DNA of 64,000 nt from Antedon mediterranea (Eukaryota > Animalia > Echinodermata): positions 6,532,101 to 6,596,100 of the forward strand of contig NC_092677.1 of the NCBI RefSeq assembly GCF_964355755.1, given 5' to 3'. This document shows positions 49,266 through 62,800 of this stretch, in pieces. Position 1 is the stretch's first letter, and every line of letters begins with the position of its first letter. The translations under genes and the position numbers were made by a program. The notes beneath the pieces were generated by a model, which was given only the letters and a program-made list of their open reading frames with translations, was not told the DNA's origin and ran no database searches.

Positions 49266-50984
49266 TTAGTTTTTTTAACCGGGTAATTTGGTTTCTACCA
49301 ACCAAAACTAGTGTCCATGAAACCAACTCCGGCTAAGTAAGGAAGGAGCAACTCTACATTTTTTAAATTAGGTCGAAAGACGGTACATACATATCTCTTC
49401 ATTTAAAAGCCAGTCTTAAGTGAATGAAACGAGATATTAACCTCTAACCTTCCATTATTTATATTAATAACGGGGACATCAAGTCTGAGTCGATATTAAT
49501 TTTAGTAACAAAAACAAGTTTAGCAATTGTGGTATTCTCTTGTTGATAACTATTTAGTATTATAATTTAATAACAGAGGCGACAATGTTAACTTTTACTA
49601 CATTTGAGACTCCATCACATTTTGGTGTGATTTGTTTTGTTGTTTTTGATGAGATGATTGGCTATTTCCATTAATCGAAATAAATTATACTTCCGTTTCA
49701 TTGGAAATAGCCAGAGGAATACGGATTACCGATAAATAGTATTAATAAGAATGAGTTATAGCGGTACATTTTGTTAAAAAATAGCAATATATAAAATCAA
49801 ATTATGTGCATGCCTACCCAATTCTGAGTAAATCCACACACAGTATTTACCCACGGTATCAAAGCAAAATTACGTAAACAGCATATGGTGTAAGGTTAGG
49901 TTAAGGGTTAGGTTACTGCTAGATACATGTGAAACACTTGATGTTGTATTACCAAATATTCCTATGATACTTTGGAAATAGATACAGTACCGAGAATCGG
50001 CTGCCATGTAAGGTTAGGCTATGGTCTATGATAAATGCGATGCATGTGAAACACATTTTCTTATGATTGTTCTGGAGAAGGAAGAAATGTACAGTACCAA
50101 GAATCGGTAACGAGATAATGTATTTAAAGTGTTACTCATCATAGTATGGATATGTTATTAAAAGTAAATTATTAGTTTTCTCTAATAGAATGGAGAAAAT
50201 GAGAAAAAAAAAGGGAAAATAATACGAACATTAGACTACTCCGACTGAATAGTATATTAACGCAGCGTAGCTTCCGCAAACCTATTTGGTTCACGGGGAC
50301 CAAGTCGCGGCCCAACTAACCAGTTGGAAGTTGGACCAACGTAATAAAGAATTGCATTGTAATTTTGTTTTAGGAATTTAAAAATTGCGCTAATAATTCA
50401 CATTCAAATTCAGCGGCGCCTGGGATGTCCCTGACGTGTTGCGCCACAGTTCATGTAATGTCACACAACATAGTGATCGAAATTTTAGCTGCACATATCA
50501 TGTGCGTTTGGTATCATTTTCGGCAAACCATATAACATAACCACCATGAAAAACACCATCCATCATCTCAACATTTCACTGTAAGTTGCGTATTGTTAAA
50601 ATAAAGGCTCTTAAATACGACGCTGAAATATTGTCGTGTTGTTTTGTGGCACATTTTTGGACCGCGGCCTGGTGGAGATTTTTTTTTTCGTACATAAGTT
50701 GGGGACCCCCTCATGAAACGTCACAAAATAAACATGAATAATTCATCAGTTAAATTTTCTTGTTCCGTGTGCACCCAATCGTATAGCAACAAGAAGTGAT
50801 TACAGTAGTTTACACAAGTGCGGTACGATTCTAGGCCTATCTCCGCTGTGGTTGCCGCGTGCGATTTCATAATAGAATAGCGGCGTTTTGTGTGGATTGT
50901 CGAAATAATCAGCCTTTAGTTTATGGTGTGTTTAATATAATTTATTACTAAAGAATTACGTGTTAAAATTATAGTTTCTATTGA

Positions 50985-52735
50985 GGGTGTGTAGAAAGCG
51001 ACGACCTCGAATTGGACGACCCCAACGACCCGGGCGACCTCGAATTGGACGACCTAGAATTGGACGACCCATAACACGAAACCGACGACCCCTATAATAG
51101 CCTAGCCTAGCCTAGGCCTAAGTATGGTATAACATCCCGAAGCCGAACATAACCAAAGATCTTTAAACCATACCTTATATAATACTCGCAAGCAAGCAAT
51201 TGATTGAAAAAATACAGAAATATCGCCATTTGATACTGAATGTGTCGACACGAACAAACGAACAGATATGGAACGCCAAGAGTGCATCATTAAAACTGCA
51301 TTCGACTCGATTAGCACACGAAATATCATAAACATGGCAAACCAGGCCCTTTTTCAGCGGCAGGTAAGGTTTGACCGTATACAATGCATGTGTGAAATGT
51401 AAAGCTTTCTTATGGCCCTCCCCATGCAGGATTAGGCCAAGTTGAGCCGCCGACAAGTTGAGGCGCCGCCAAAAACGTTATTTTCTATGAAACGCCAAAT
51501 GCTTACTTTCGCCGGTGCTCGTTTCTATTTAATAGAAGTTCTATTTCTATTAATTATTAGATATAAATGTATATTCCAAAGTTTATATATCACGGTTTTT
51601 AGTATATATTTCTATTAATTATTAGATATAAATGTATATTCCAAAGTTTATATATCACGGTTTTTAGTATATATTATTAAATATTATAATTAAAGAGAAA
51701 TAATTATGAATATCTGACTTGTAGATTCCAAAATATAAGGCCTAAAACATGACCGAAAATGATCGTTTTTAGCCAAAAATGACGTAAACATGTTGCCCCC
51801 TCAGGCGGCAGTTGAAGTAAAATAATTGCATAAAATCACCGTTTTTTAGTAAAATATTTTGTGTATTAACATTGTAAAATTCAATAAAATATGATATTAA
51901 AAGATAGTAAATAAAAAATAATAATTATTTAACCTCATTCGAAGAATATCAATACTCTATTAGTCCTGAGAGACAACGTGATTTTACGTGGTAGGCATAC
52001 ACGCGAGAAAAATATTATGGAGTGCACTGCATTTTTACCTTGAAAGATTAAAAACAATTAAATTATTAAATATGACTACTTTCCTTTGCTGTTTCAAACC
52101 AACAAAATTGTAGTATGTAATTATTATTTATTTTCATGACACAATAAACCTAAAGACCATGAACTTATATAGGGCCTACTAGGACACCACTCTATCACTA
52201 CGCGAAATGTCGTAAAAGACGCACTGGCCGTTTCATAGAAATTACCGGCGGCTCAATTTGTCGGCGGCCCAACCGGTCATATCCCCCCATGCACATGTTA
52301 CGCTGCTTGGTAGGCCTATAGTGTTCGTTATAAGAAGACAAGATGTAATTATACGTCCATGGTTTAACCATGTATTGTATAATATTTATTTCTTTTTAAT
52401 TTATTTTTAATATGTCGAATGCAGTTTTAATTATGCACTCTTGGCGTTCCATATATTTTCGTTTGTTCGTGTCGACACAATCAGTATCAAATGGCGATAT
52501 TTCTGTATTTTTTCAATCAATTGCTTGCTTGCGAGTATTATATAATAAGGTATAGTTTAAAGATCTTTGGCTATGTTCGGCTTCGGGATGTTATACCACA
52601 CTTAGGCCTAGGCTAGGCTAGGCTATAGGGGTCGTCGGTTTCGTGTTATGGGTCGTTCAATTCGAGGTCGTTCAATTCGAGGTCGCCCGGGTCGTTGGGG
52701 TCGTCCAATTCGAGGTCGTCGCTTTCTACACACCC
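50985..52735. mobile_element. MULE/foldback-like element B, ~320-bp TIRs, nested in A
   Basis: GGGTGTGTAGAAAGCGACGACCTCGAATTGG... / ...GCTTTCTACACACCC; 10-bp TSD TTTCTATTGA (50975-50984, 52736-52745). Confidence 0.88.
51429..52284. mobile_element. MULE-like element C nested in B
   Basis: Imperfect TIR GGAT...GTTGAGCCGCCGACAAGTTGAG / CTCAATTTGTCGGCGGCCCAAC...ATCC; 9-bp TSD CCCCATGCA (51420-51428, 52285-52293); internal 65-bp duplication at 51542-51672. Confidence 0.8.
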
Positions 52736-54540
52736 TTTCTATTGATACTATTAGGCCTATAATTACTATTCTCTAAACCCATGTCTATTCTAGTAGTAGC
52801 TGTGTTGGTGTGTGTGACGTGTGTGTGTTAGAGTCAGCAAAATTAAACAATAAACATTACACCAAAATACATTTTTTATTCTCGTGGGTCTAACCTTCCC
52901 ATCTCATGTGTTCATATACGCGCAGTTCCTTTGATTACATGCATATTGTTTGATAATAAAATAGCAGAATTAAAAAAATACAGTACACAAATTATACACA
53001 TTCTTTATTCTTGTGGGTCTAAGCTTTCTTTGGGGCTATGTCCAATGAATTACTACTTAGTGTAATGTCTTGCCTAGCAGTCGATTAGCCTCGACTCGAC
53101 ACATTTTGCATAGTGGTGTGTGTGTGTGTGAAGAAGAGTGCGCGAAGGCAATCACGTGAATTGACTTAGAATCCTAGGCCTACTGTAAAAGTATCGTATC
53201 GCAGTTGTGTAATCACTTCTTGTTGCTATACGCTTGGGTGCACACGGAACAAGAAAATTTAACTGATGAATTATTCATGTTTATTTTGTGACGTTTCATG
53301 AGGGGGTCCCCAACTTATGTACGAAAAAAAAAATCGCGGCCTGGTGCGTCGTATTAAAGCAAGAACATTACTAAACAATTGTTTTTTTTAAATATTAACT
53401 GCTTCTTTATGCCGTATAAATTTTCCAGAGAATTTGTGAAAATCATGTGTTCATCATTGTAATAAGAACACCGTTATCTTTTTTTTTCAATTAAATTCAA
53501 TGTATTTTTATAAGATACATCATTGTGAAATAATATTACAGTGTGTTTTTTTTATTAATTAGAATGCACTTATGCTGGAGAAACATAAATAAGCCCAGAG
53601 GGCTTTAAGGTTAGTTCCACCAGAAAAAAAAAATCAAAAAGTATATATAATAAATGTTTCAAAAGTAGTAGTGAAAATAAAATATGATGGTAACTCGAAT
53701 AATATATATGTCGATTGTGTAATGTTATCCGTCCTAAGTTATATTGTTTCACATTACGATTACATAATATCGTTCTACATAAAATCAATAGAATACTGTA
53801 TTAACCCATTAAATTAGGCCTGCTATAGTCTGTTGACCAATATAGCCTAGAATCAGTAACATTACTCGTTCTGTAAACTAACAACCAGGACAATATGTAT
53901 TTGCTTATGAACTTTACTGCATTTATTTGTATACGGTACGTGTGCGTGATACATGTCTCTTGGTAATGTTACAACACTTTACGAATCGTTTCCTATAAAG
54001 GAGTCTCTTGACACCGTACATCTGTTTTGATGCCTGGAGTAGCCTGCTGCCCATGCCATCGTAATGTAATTTTAATATCAATGTATGTTATACAAACCAA
54101 TTATAATATATCATTTTACGAAAACAAATTATAAAATATCTTCAGGTAACCGTAGTCGTAACATGGTGAATCTATTAAGTATCATCTGAAGTTTTTGCTT
54201 TCCCGAGCTATAGATGTATTGACATTGCAACACATTCAATGCAGTCTTTAGCGTGGTTCCCACTAGAACGCAACGCAACGACGTATCGACTCACCCTCTA
54301 TCTTTAACGTTAACTAAAAAAAACTAAGAAATATGTAAACTGCCATTTTTTAATTAAATTTTATTAGCGTCAATATGACATGTGGTACACATATGAGACT
54401 ATTTCTCCAGTATCATGGGCAAGTTATATAACACAGAACAGTACCGGTCCCTACTACTATATTTATATATTCTCCGCGGCCCGCGTTGTCAGGTAATGTT
54501 CGTTGATGTGGTCGTTTCGCAGCCACAGATAAACCCTTTG

Positions 54541-54756
54541 ATCTTGGTTCCCACTAGCGATGCAACGGTACGCAACGCAGAGACGTATTGACGCAAAGTG
54601 CTGTATTGCGTAATCACAAGTGGGAACCGACGACGCAATTGCTGCAAACATCGCAGGTTTGATTTCACGCAGGCGGGGGCAAACACAATTATTAGAAGGG
54701 CATTTGCTTACGTTGCGTAGATTGCGTTACGTTGCGTCGCTAGTGGGAACCAAGCT
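54541..54756. mobile_element. Harbinger-like MITE (family of 36169-36652)
   Basis: CTTGGTTCCCACTAGCGA / TCGCTAGTGGGAACCAAG; further fragments at 54250-54290, 37850-37925, 57110-57238 and 57700-57910. Confidence 0.75.
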
Positions 54757-55374
54757 TTACGGAGCTCAGCATCCTGTTGTTAGATTTCCTTGATTAAATG
54801 TAGTTTAGAAGAACCCAGTAAACGCTATGTCAGCATCAGTAGTGCATGTTGCTTCCGTATAATCATCTTATGATTTGAAATTGAAGTCTATATTTCCAAA
54901 ATGTTATTTGACACCAAATTACAGTCTTTTTAAAAATAATAATGTGAATTATTAATACCGATAGTTCATTTCAATTTCCGTTACATCAATTCTAATTTGC
55001 GTTACAATTCCTTGTTATGAACGCGTGGCAAAGTCATAATGATTGTAAATTAGAAAATTGAGTAATAGAATGTGATTTATATTTTTTTTTTATATATAAA
55101 ACATTCTTCAAGATTTATTGCTGAATATAAGATATGACAATTTAAATGTTTTTGTAAATTGACTTCTTTGTGTTTACCTTGATCTTTTTCCTAGAATTAT
55201 TGATTAATAGTTTTGAAGGAAAAAGGGTAGCCTGATTTTTTTGGCATATTATATTTTATTTATTTATTTTATTTTATGTCTTTAGACAATGTGGCCAAGG
55301 ATTACCAATAGTGAATTAATCACTGTCCTATCAGATAGGTGGTAATCCCCCTGATACAGGGGCTATTGTGTGAA

Positions 55375-55545
55375 CCAGTTCACCGAGGTAACCCCCTACT
55401 CTTTTTCGAATAATGGACTGGGTTCTTTAAAGTACACACAGGTTATAACTGTGTACACTGGACCTACGGTTTATAGTCCTTATCCGAGAAGACTTGTTCC
55501 ACCACCAAAACCATGGAGCGAGTCGGCCTCGAACCCTTGCCGACG
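55375..55545 (-). mobile_element. Deu-type SINE fragment
   Basis: CCCCCTACTCTTTTTCGAA...GGTTCTTTAAAGT...GGACCTACGGTTTATAGTCCTTATCCGAG...CCTCGAACCCTTGCCGA matches the reverse complement of 36250-36410. Confidence 0.75.
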
Positions 55546-55891
55546 ATGTTGTTGTTATAAGATTCAGGTGAAACATTTTATGCCGTCTTGTAGTTTTACA
55601 AATCCAGGAATGTATCATTGTACCGAAATGAAATGGAAGTGCTTGAAGTGTTGTAACATAACACTTAAAAATATGAGTTTAGAATATTGTATTTCTTACT
55701 AAATAGATATAATATTGTGACGACAGTGTTCAGTTTGAAACATGAGCATATCATAAAGAATACCGAGTTCCATTTTGTTACTATTTGTATATTACAGCGG
55801 GTATATCGATACTGTATACTTTCCTTTTATGTACAAAATATATCTATTTGCATATAGGGCCTATGATAGGTGTTATTTTAGGGTATAGTTT

Positions 55892-56010
55892 ATTTTTAGT
55901 CGCGTGGTCGCGTGCAACGGGACTCTACGGCTCACAATGTCAGTCGGTTTGGTTGGTCTGTAAACACTAACTTGAGCACGCGACTGCACCCATGTATATG
56001 ACCTTGTTCC
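55892..56010 (+). mobile_element. Short HINE-like element; second copy at ~63590-63685
   Basis: T-run + AGTCGCGTG...GACTCTAC...GTCGGT...GTAAACACTAACT...CCATGTAT(A/G)TG(A/T)CCTTGTT, largely shared by both copies. Confidence 0.5.
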
Positions 56011-59000
56011 TTTGAATGTCATTAATATATCAATGTAGTTATTCTGATACGTCCTCAAGCTTAATGTTTAGCGCCTACTAGATCGGCACACCGGTGACGA
56101 TCCCCCACTCTTTTCGAATAGACTAGTGTACCAAGTTATTTAACGTACACTGTGTACACCAACGTCTATAGTTATTTTCTTTACTTTTCAACGTTAACCT
56201 TCTTTAAGCCACCCACTTAGACGGAACGTAAAGACGTAAGCAACGTCGATGTGATGTGATCTGTCCAATCACATGCAATGAAACTATCGAACTGTTGCTT
56301 GTGGTTGTTCAAGTTAATGTCATTGTGTGTATGCCTATACATTCTTCTGTTCTGTCGTATATAGAGTGGGAACAAAAATCAAGACGCAGCACGCATCGCG
56401 ATGAGAGGTGGCGCCTGATCAGTTTCCGCTCGTTTATTACGTCGCACTTTAAACTACCTGTCGTACTTCGTAAAAATGTTGTCGCACTTCGTAATAACCT
56501 TGTATTAAGTGTAATCCAGTTGCCGCAATTTGGAACACACGTTCATGGCAAGATAAAAATGCCAATCGTTCCATTTTGAAAACGCCGCGTGGCAAGTTAT
56601 CGACACATCCAATTAAAATAATCGAATAAATAATTAAGCTCACACAAACCGTGTGCGTCACAGATCGACGTTGTACGTGCTGTTAACTAAATAACTTTTA
56701 ATGTAATATATATGTTAATTGTAATATTAACTACTACCACCACCTGTCAGACAACAATATTGTCTAGTTATTTGAATTCGTAATGCCTTTTCATTATTTA
56801 CATCGTAAACACATAATTTTTATATTTAAAAATTTATCCTTGACACCCATACATACTCTTTGATTATTTTATTACTGACTTGTTTATTCAAAGTATTCTT
56901 TGGAAAGTCATTTTTCCAAACCAGGTAGTATACATTTAAATTGGAAAAAATATTGTAGGCCACGTAAACAAAAATATTGTTTCTATATCTGAGTTTTACA
57001 AAATAATTTAAAATTTTTGTTCAAAACAATAGTTCAAGTTTAACAGAGAAAAAAGACAATTATTTACAAACAAAATAAACTTTTTAAAGTAAATGTATTT
57101 TTAAGTAGGAATCAAGGCAATGACGTAAGTGATTTGACCAATCACAGTCGGTGAATTATTCGAACTGTCGATGGTCATTGGTCAACTCGCTTGTGTAACG
57201 CCAACATCGTTGCGTTGTGTCTAAATGGGTACCAAGATTTAATATAAAAAATACCAAATGGAAATCAAAATCCAATACACATCCAATTATGTTTACATAC
57301 GAACTGTAACATTGAACATTAATTCTTTACAATTTCAAAAGTTCAAGCAGATTATGTGCAGTTTCATGGTAATTAGAATAAAGATTAAATTTCGCAAATC
57401 TAAAATTGAATTCGTCTTATTGAATAATTGAATGTCTGATATTATTACGTCGCATGTAATCGTTGTGAAATGTTTAATGTGCATTGCGAAGGAAACATAG
57501 TGTATTAGTGTATTGAAAGACTATACTTATCGATTATTTTTGTATGATTCGATCTTATATAGTTATCGAATTAAGGCTACGTCAATTTTTTTTTTAATTG
57601 TAGACACTGCATACGGTGAATGTTTTATTTTGTTATACCCAACATGTTTCATCTTTTACACACAAAAACAAGCCGGACTGCAAAATGTTTTTGTATTTGT
57701 AGACGCCACGCGCGCAACGACTACGTAGGCGTTACGCAAACAAGTTGACCAACTGGTCGAATTGATTGCAGGTGCGCTTACGCCGTGCGTTGTATCCAAG
57801 TGGGCCGGAACCAAGTCTAAATGTTTTCGTATTTGTAGACGCCACGCAACGACGACGTAGGCGTTTCGAATTGATTGCAGCTGGTGCGCTTACGCGAAGT
57901 GGGAACCAAACCTGAGTATGGTCTGCATATGCAGGCAGGTTCAGATGCCAAATGTTTATAATTATTATTATATAGCTTTCTGAACTTTTCTTATGATAGT
58001 GTGGTACATTTTTATCAAGATATAAATTATTATTATTATTATTATATAGAAGAAGGTTTCAACATTTTTATTTTGTATGTATTTTAAATTGAATTGATAA
58101 TCTTACAACCAAATTCTCTGATATTGCAGAAAGTGGAATGGCCACGCTAGTTTCAATGCCAACGTCTTCTGTTGTCAATATTATCTTGGATAGTAATATT
58201 ATTTAAAATGAATAGTTATTATCGTGACGTATCATGGTATTCTAGCAATTGAATAGGTAGATAAAATGAATAATAGTTTATTTTATCTTTTCCATTTACC
58301 GATTTGACGTTCAGTCATCAATAAACAATTTTATTTCATTTTAAAAGAAAGTGCTATTCCTATCTTTAAATCATTTACTGCTGCATTTTGAACTTACGAC
58401 CGCCGTACTAATAGCCGGTGATGATGTGAACAGAAATATCCGATAGAACGATAGAAATGATGGATTAACCAACTGATTGTTTTTATATTGTTTCTTGATG
58501 AGATATGTCTGTCTTTCAAATGTTATACTTGAATGAATGTTTTGTAACTGATTCAACGCATGGAATCTGACATCTACAGTCATCATTTTGAATTGTTCCT
58601 GATGTGTTTCTGTTCGTCCGGTTTTTTTTTTTTTGACAATTCATAAATGCGGTATTTATATTTCTTTGCCTTCAGCATCGTATCGAGATGCAGTATTAAT
58701 GTAAATTTATCATAGTACGTGAATATCCAATTGTAATTTTCGAGTGAAATTAGAATGCTAAAAGTCTTTACTAGATTTGACACCAGTTTAGAGCGTTCCA
58801 ACTCCAAATCCCTGATTAATATGATACAGCCAGAAGGCAATGCCAATAATAATTATCTGTACTATTTTATGTCTGTAGGCCTACAATTTTACTATTATTT
58901 TTAAAAATTGATTCAAACCTGTGGGGGGATAGTTAACCATTAAAAAATAGACGATTAAGACGCAGTCGCTTACGATCTGTATAGTGCTTCTGTGGGACAA

Positions 59001-61269
59001 ACATGGTTCATCATGTTTTTTTGTCCTTTTATGCCTCACCTGTGGTGGTCACTTTGAATGGCGGTGGTCACTATTAAAGTAGAGGGTAATTTTCCCCGTA
59101 TCCCCACAGGGGAGTGCCCCACCGGATGTGCTGACCGGTCGTGGGCGACCAATGATTTTACTTTGTCTGTACATTATTTGTTTGTTATATGTTGTATGTA
59201 TATGTACATGTAGATGCATTTAAATAATAGTGACCAAACTGACAATCACTCGCTTCTTTTTGGGGTTGTGGTGGTGTTGTTGTTGTAAAATTGTAATAAT
59301 TTACATTGTAAATTGTAATTGTTAAGTGAAGTTGTAGTCGTTCACCTACAATATATCTTGCATATTACGTAGTGGCACAGTGACTTTTTCATAGTATGAG
59401 GATACCTCATACAAGACTGTTTTTTGTAATTATTAAAATTTAAAAGTTAGCAAGTACGTATTTGAGTCGTGTACTTCCGACTTTCTGTAGGATGTATGCG
59501 CAGACGATTCTCTTCAAATTACGTGCGTTGCACTTGCGTCCTAATTGCGTTGCGTCCTCTTGGAAAAAAAAGCTTCAGTGTGCCTTCTGTTATTTTTCAG
59601 GAGCATGTCGTTACATTACTGAATCATGACATTAACATTCTCAAATATCCCTTGCATTGACGTATAAAATGTCCCAAAATAATAAATATAAATCATTTAT
59701 CCTATCATTTATTATCTTTTTTTCTTCTGAACATTGTTTTAAATTCCCATTGGTAACTTTAATCAATTACTGTGTTTTTTCTCTCTAAAAACTTAAAATA
59801 AATTTCAATTTTAAACCTGTGCCTTAAACATTCGTCAAAGGTTAATTTGAAAATAACATGTTGTTTACAATGCGTTGTTAACATTGACATCGAATAGAAT
59901 GTTTTTTTTTCTGTTTTGACAGGCCAACAAATTTTAAATTAGAACCATGAGTGCCATTATAAAAATAGTCTTTTCTCTAAGAAAAATGCGTTGGTTCGAA
60001 TATTTGTTTTAAATGGCATTGACATCTTCATTCCAAATAAAAACAATTTCTTTTCAAAATATTGTTTTTCTCTTCTAACGTTTAATATTATTTTAAGAGT
60101 GGTGTAGCATAACAATTAACCTAACTCTTTCCAAAAAAATATTTTTGTTTTTAAAAAGAATATTGAATGTAGGCATATATGTTTTTATTTATATCTTATT
60201 TTGCATCGTTTTAAACAAAACTTAAATAAAAAATAACAAGCCACCAACACTGTATAACATTATTGAATGTGAATGTTTCTGTCTATCATGTTGATCATTT
60301 GCTTTGAAAAAAAATAAAATGATACTGGTTTTTTCTCTAATAGATAGTCCATTATGGAAAATATATATGCAATTTCAGTAAAAGGTAAATAAATAAACAA
60401 TGTGCGCTGTGGGGGCAATGCGTCGTATAAGATGAAACAGGAGAGAACTGCGACGACCGAAATCATCAATTTGGTGAGATTTATTATAAAGTATGATTAT
60501 ATCTAAATGAAATTCAGCTATTTAAAATAAATTATTTATTATTTATTGATTAAAAATTCTTAGAAGTAAATATGCGCAGAAGTAGGAACCTCTGTTAAAC
60601 CTTTTATTCAAATTAAAATGTCATTATTTTATTAATAAATTACTTTGAATCTCTAGCCATTTCTAAGAACTATATACATCAGGGGGTTATACATTTTGAA
60701 CTGTCATCCCGTACGGTAGAACTTGATTATCTAGTATAGTAATAACCACACTTCAAAACGGTTAATCACAATTAACCTTCCCGTATGCCCGCCGTCTTAT
60801 CATATAGAGTACATTCACTCGTAATAAAATAGATGGCGCGTGCGTATTACGTCATGCCTCCCAAAAATTTAATTCAATTCAAATAAACATTTATTTCTTT
60901 CGTAATCATATTTGAGTAAAACATTATAATTTATGATATTTTATATATATATTTTTTTAGAGTTAGGCCTATAATACAGTAAATCATAATGTATGAAAAA
61001 GGTGATTCAGTTATAAAAAAAATGAAAGAGGCAAACAAAACCCAAGAAAGTATCGATCAATTGGAAACAAAAAATCCAATTGAAAACTTGTATTTTGGAA
61101 AGCCATGTAAGAATATTATATACTTATATATACAAATGTAAACATAACTGCACATACACATATACATCACAGACACACACACATCACAGACACACACACA
61201 CACACCAACAGTAAAGGAAGCAATTTCGTAAAGTTTCTAAAGTTAAAAAATAATACAAAATAGAGAAAA

Positions 61270-61624
61270 ACAATTAGTTATAATTTGAAATAAGATATTC
61301 TTTAGAAAACATTTTGCTAGAAGACGATGATGACATTTCTGGAGGTAGATTATTGAATAGTTTAGAACCACTATAACGAATGTTATGTTTCATGTTAGTT
61401 AATTTAGGTTGAGGAAGATGAAGATCCCGTGATGCTCTTGTGTTATACGAATGGATTTCAGAGTTAGTTAAAAAATTACAGGAACAATTAGAAGGCAGTT
61501 TGGAATTAATATGTTCATAGACGAAAAGGCATTGTTGTTTATTGATATCGTGCACAGTTAAGAGTTTAAGGTTATAAAAAAGGATATTAGAGTGGGCAAA
61601 AAGCTCGTCACATTGTCTACACAT
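61270..61624 (-). mobile_element. L2/CR1-group LINE ORF2 3' fragment
   Basis: HSYNTRASRDLHLP...IRYSGSKLFNNLP matches the typical C-terminus of L2/Crack/Daphne ORF2. Confidence 0.75.
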
Positions 61625-62029
61625 TATGTCTAATTTGAACCTAAAGTTATGGTCATAATTCCCGGATGAACCTTCGTGTTTCTAATACATTTTTTGGAAA
61701 AAAAATAGTACCAAAAAATTTTTACAGAATATAGCCTTCACATATTCATCAATGACCTGATTTCCAATTTTTATTTTTTGATTTTTGTTTTATAAATAAT
61801 TGTTTTATAACATAACACTTTGAAAGAAAACGTTTCTCACTTCTAATTGAGATACCATTCCTCAAGATACGGACCATTTTCTTTCTTCTTTTTTTTACAC
61901 GCTTCAACATTCGAATGTGACTTTAGAAAATGCATACGTTAAGAAAAGTGGCACGCATAGAGAAACCTCAAGTCTGTGAACGCTTTTTGGAATACCTTTT
62001 CGCTCCAAATCAGTTTTGTCGGTGCTTAA

Positions 62030-62140
62030 AATTCTGTCTACATTATCGAAGTTGATGTGAAAAAAACATGTCCATATATAGGCACGATAACGTTATATCA
62101 CTACCATTTTCAAACTAGGTTATCAGTGTAGACAGAGCTG
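62030..62140. mobile_element. Short MITE (TCTGTCTACA...TGTAGACAGA)
   Basis: Inverted ends; contains one TATATCACTACCAT unit of the 25905-26172 minisatellite. Confidence 0.6.
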
Positions 62141-62362
62141 CTTAAGATTCTACACTGGGACACTTTCCGCAAACTTTTGTTGGAAACTCTCAGTTTTCCA
62201 TTCACATTTGGAGATCATAAGAATTCAAGCAGCCACAGACTGTTATTCAATTCTCAGGGTTCAAAAGCCTCAACAAATAGTTAGCCAACAAAGTGCGGCC
62301 TAACTTCAACAAACGAGTTTTCTACAGTTTGCCGAAGTTTATCAACTGGTCTAAACTTTAGC

Positions 62363-62800
62363 AAAGTTTGGAAAAACCCGTGTGGCCAAATTCGACAGAG
62401 TTTGCTCAAGTTTGCAAACTAAATTTTGCTTTAGACTCTCAGGCTTTAGATTATTTGTTCATACGTAATTAGGGATAGTTTATCAGAACAATGTATCTAT
62501 AATGTCATTCGACGCATGTTCGAACTTCTTCTTCTTCCTTATGTGCTACATTACATGATGTTATTAAAATTCTGTTCACAAAGTTTGGAAAAACTTGTGT
62601 TGCCAAACCCGACAGAGTTTGCTCAAGTTTGCAAACTTGCTATACACTCTCAGGCTTTAGACTATTAATTTGTTCATACGTAGTATTAGGGATAGTTTAT
62701 CAGAACAATGTATCTATAATGTCATTCGACGCATGTTCGAACTTCTTCCTCTTCCTTATGTGCTACATTACATGAGTTTATTAGTATTCTGTTCACAAGT
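62363..62800. repeat. Direct tandem duplication, ~217-bp unit, 2 copies
   Basis: AAAGTTTGGAAAAAC...GACAGAGTTTGCTCAAGTTTGCAAACT...ATTCTGTTCACAA starts at ~62363 and ~62580. Confidence 0.85.

Larger units (their letters stand above)
50675..53337. mobile_element. MULE-like element A (outer), ~150-bp TIRs
   Basis: Near-perfect long TIRs (GAT-Tn-CGTACATAAGTTGGGGACCCCCTCATGAAACG...); perfect 9-bp TSD GGCCTGGTG (50666-50674, 53338-53346). Confidence 0.85.
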
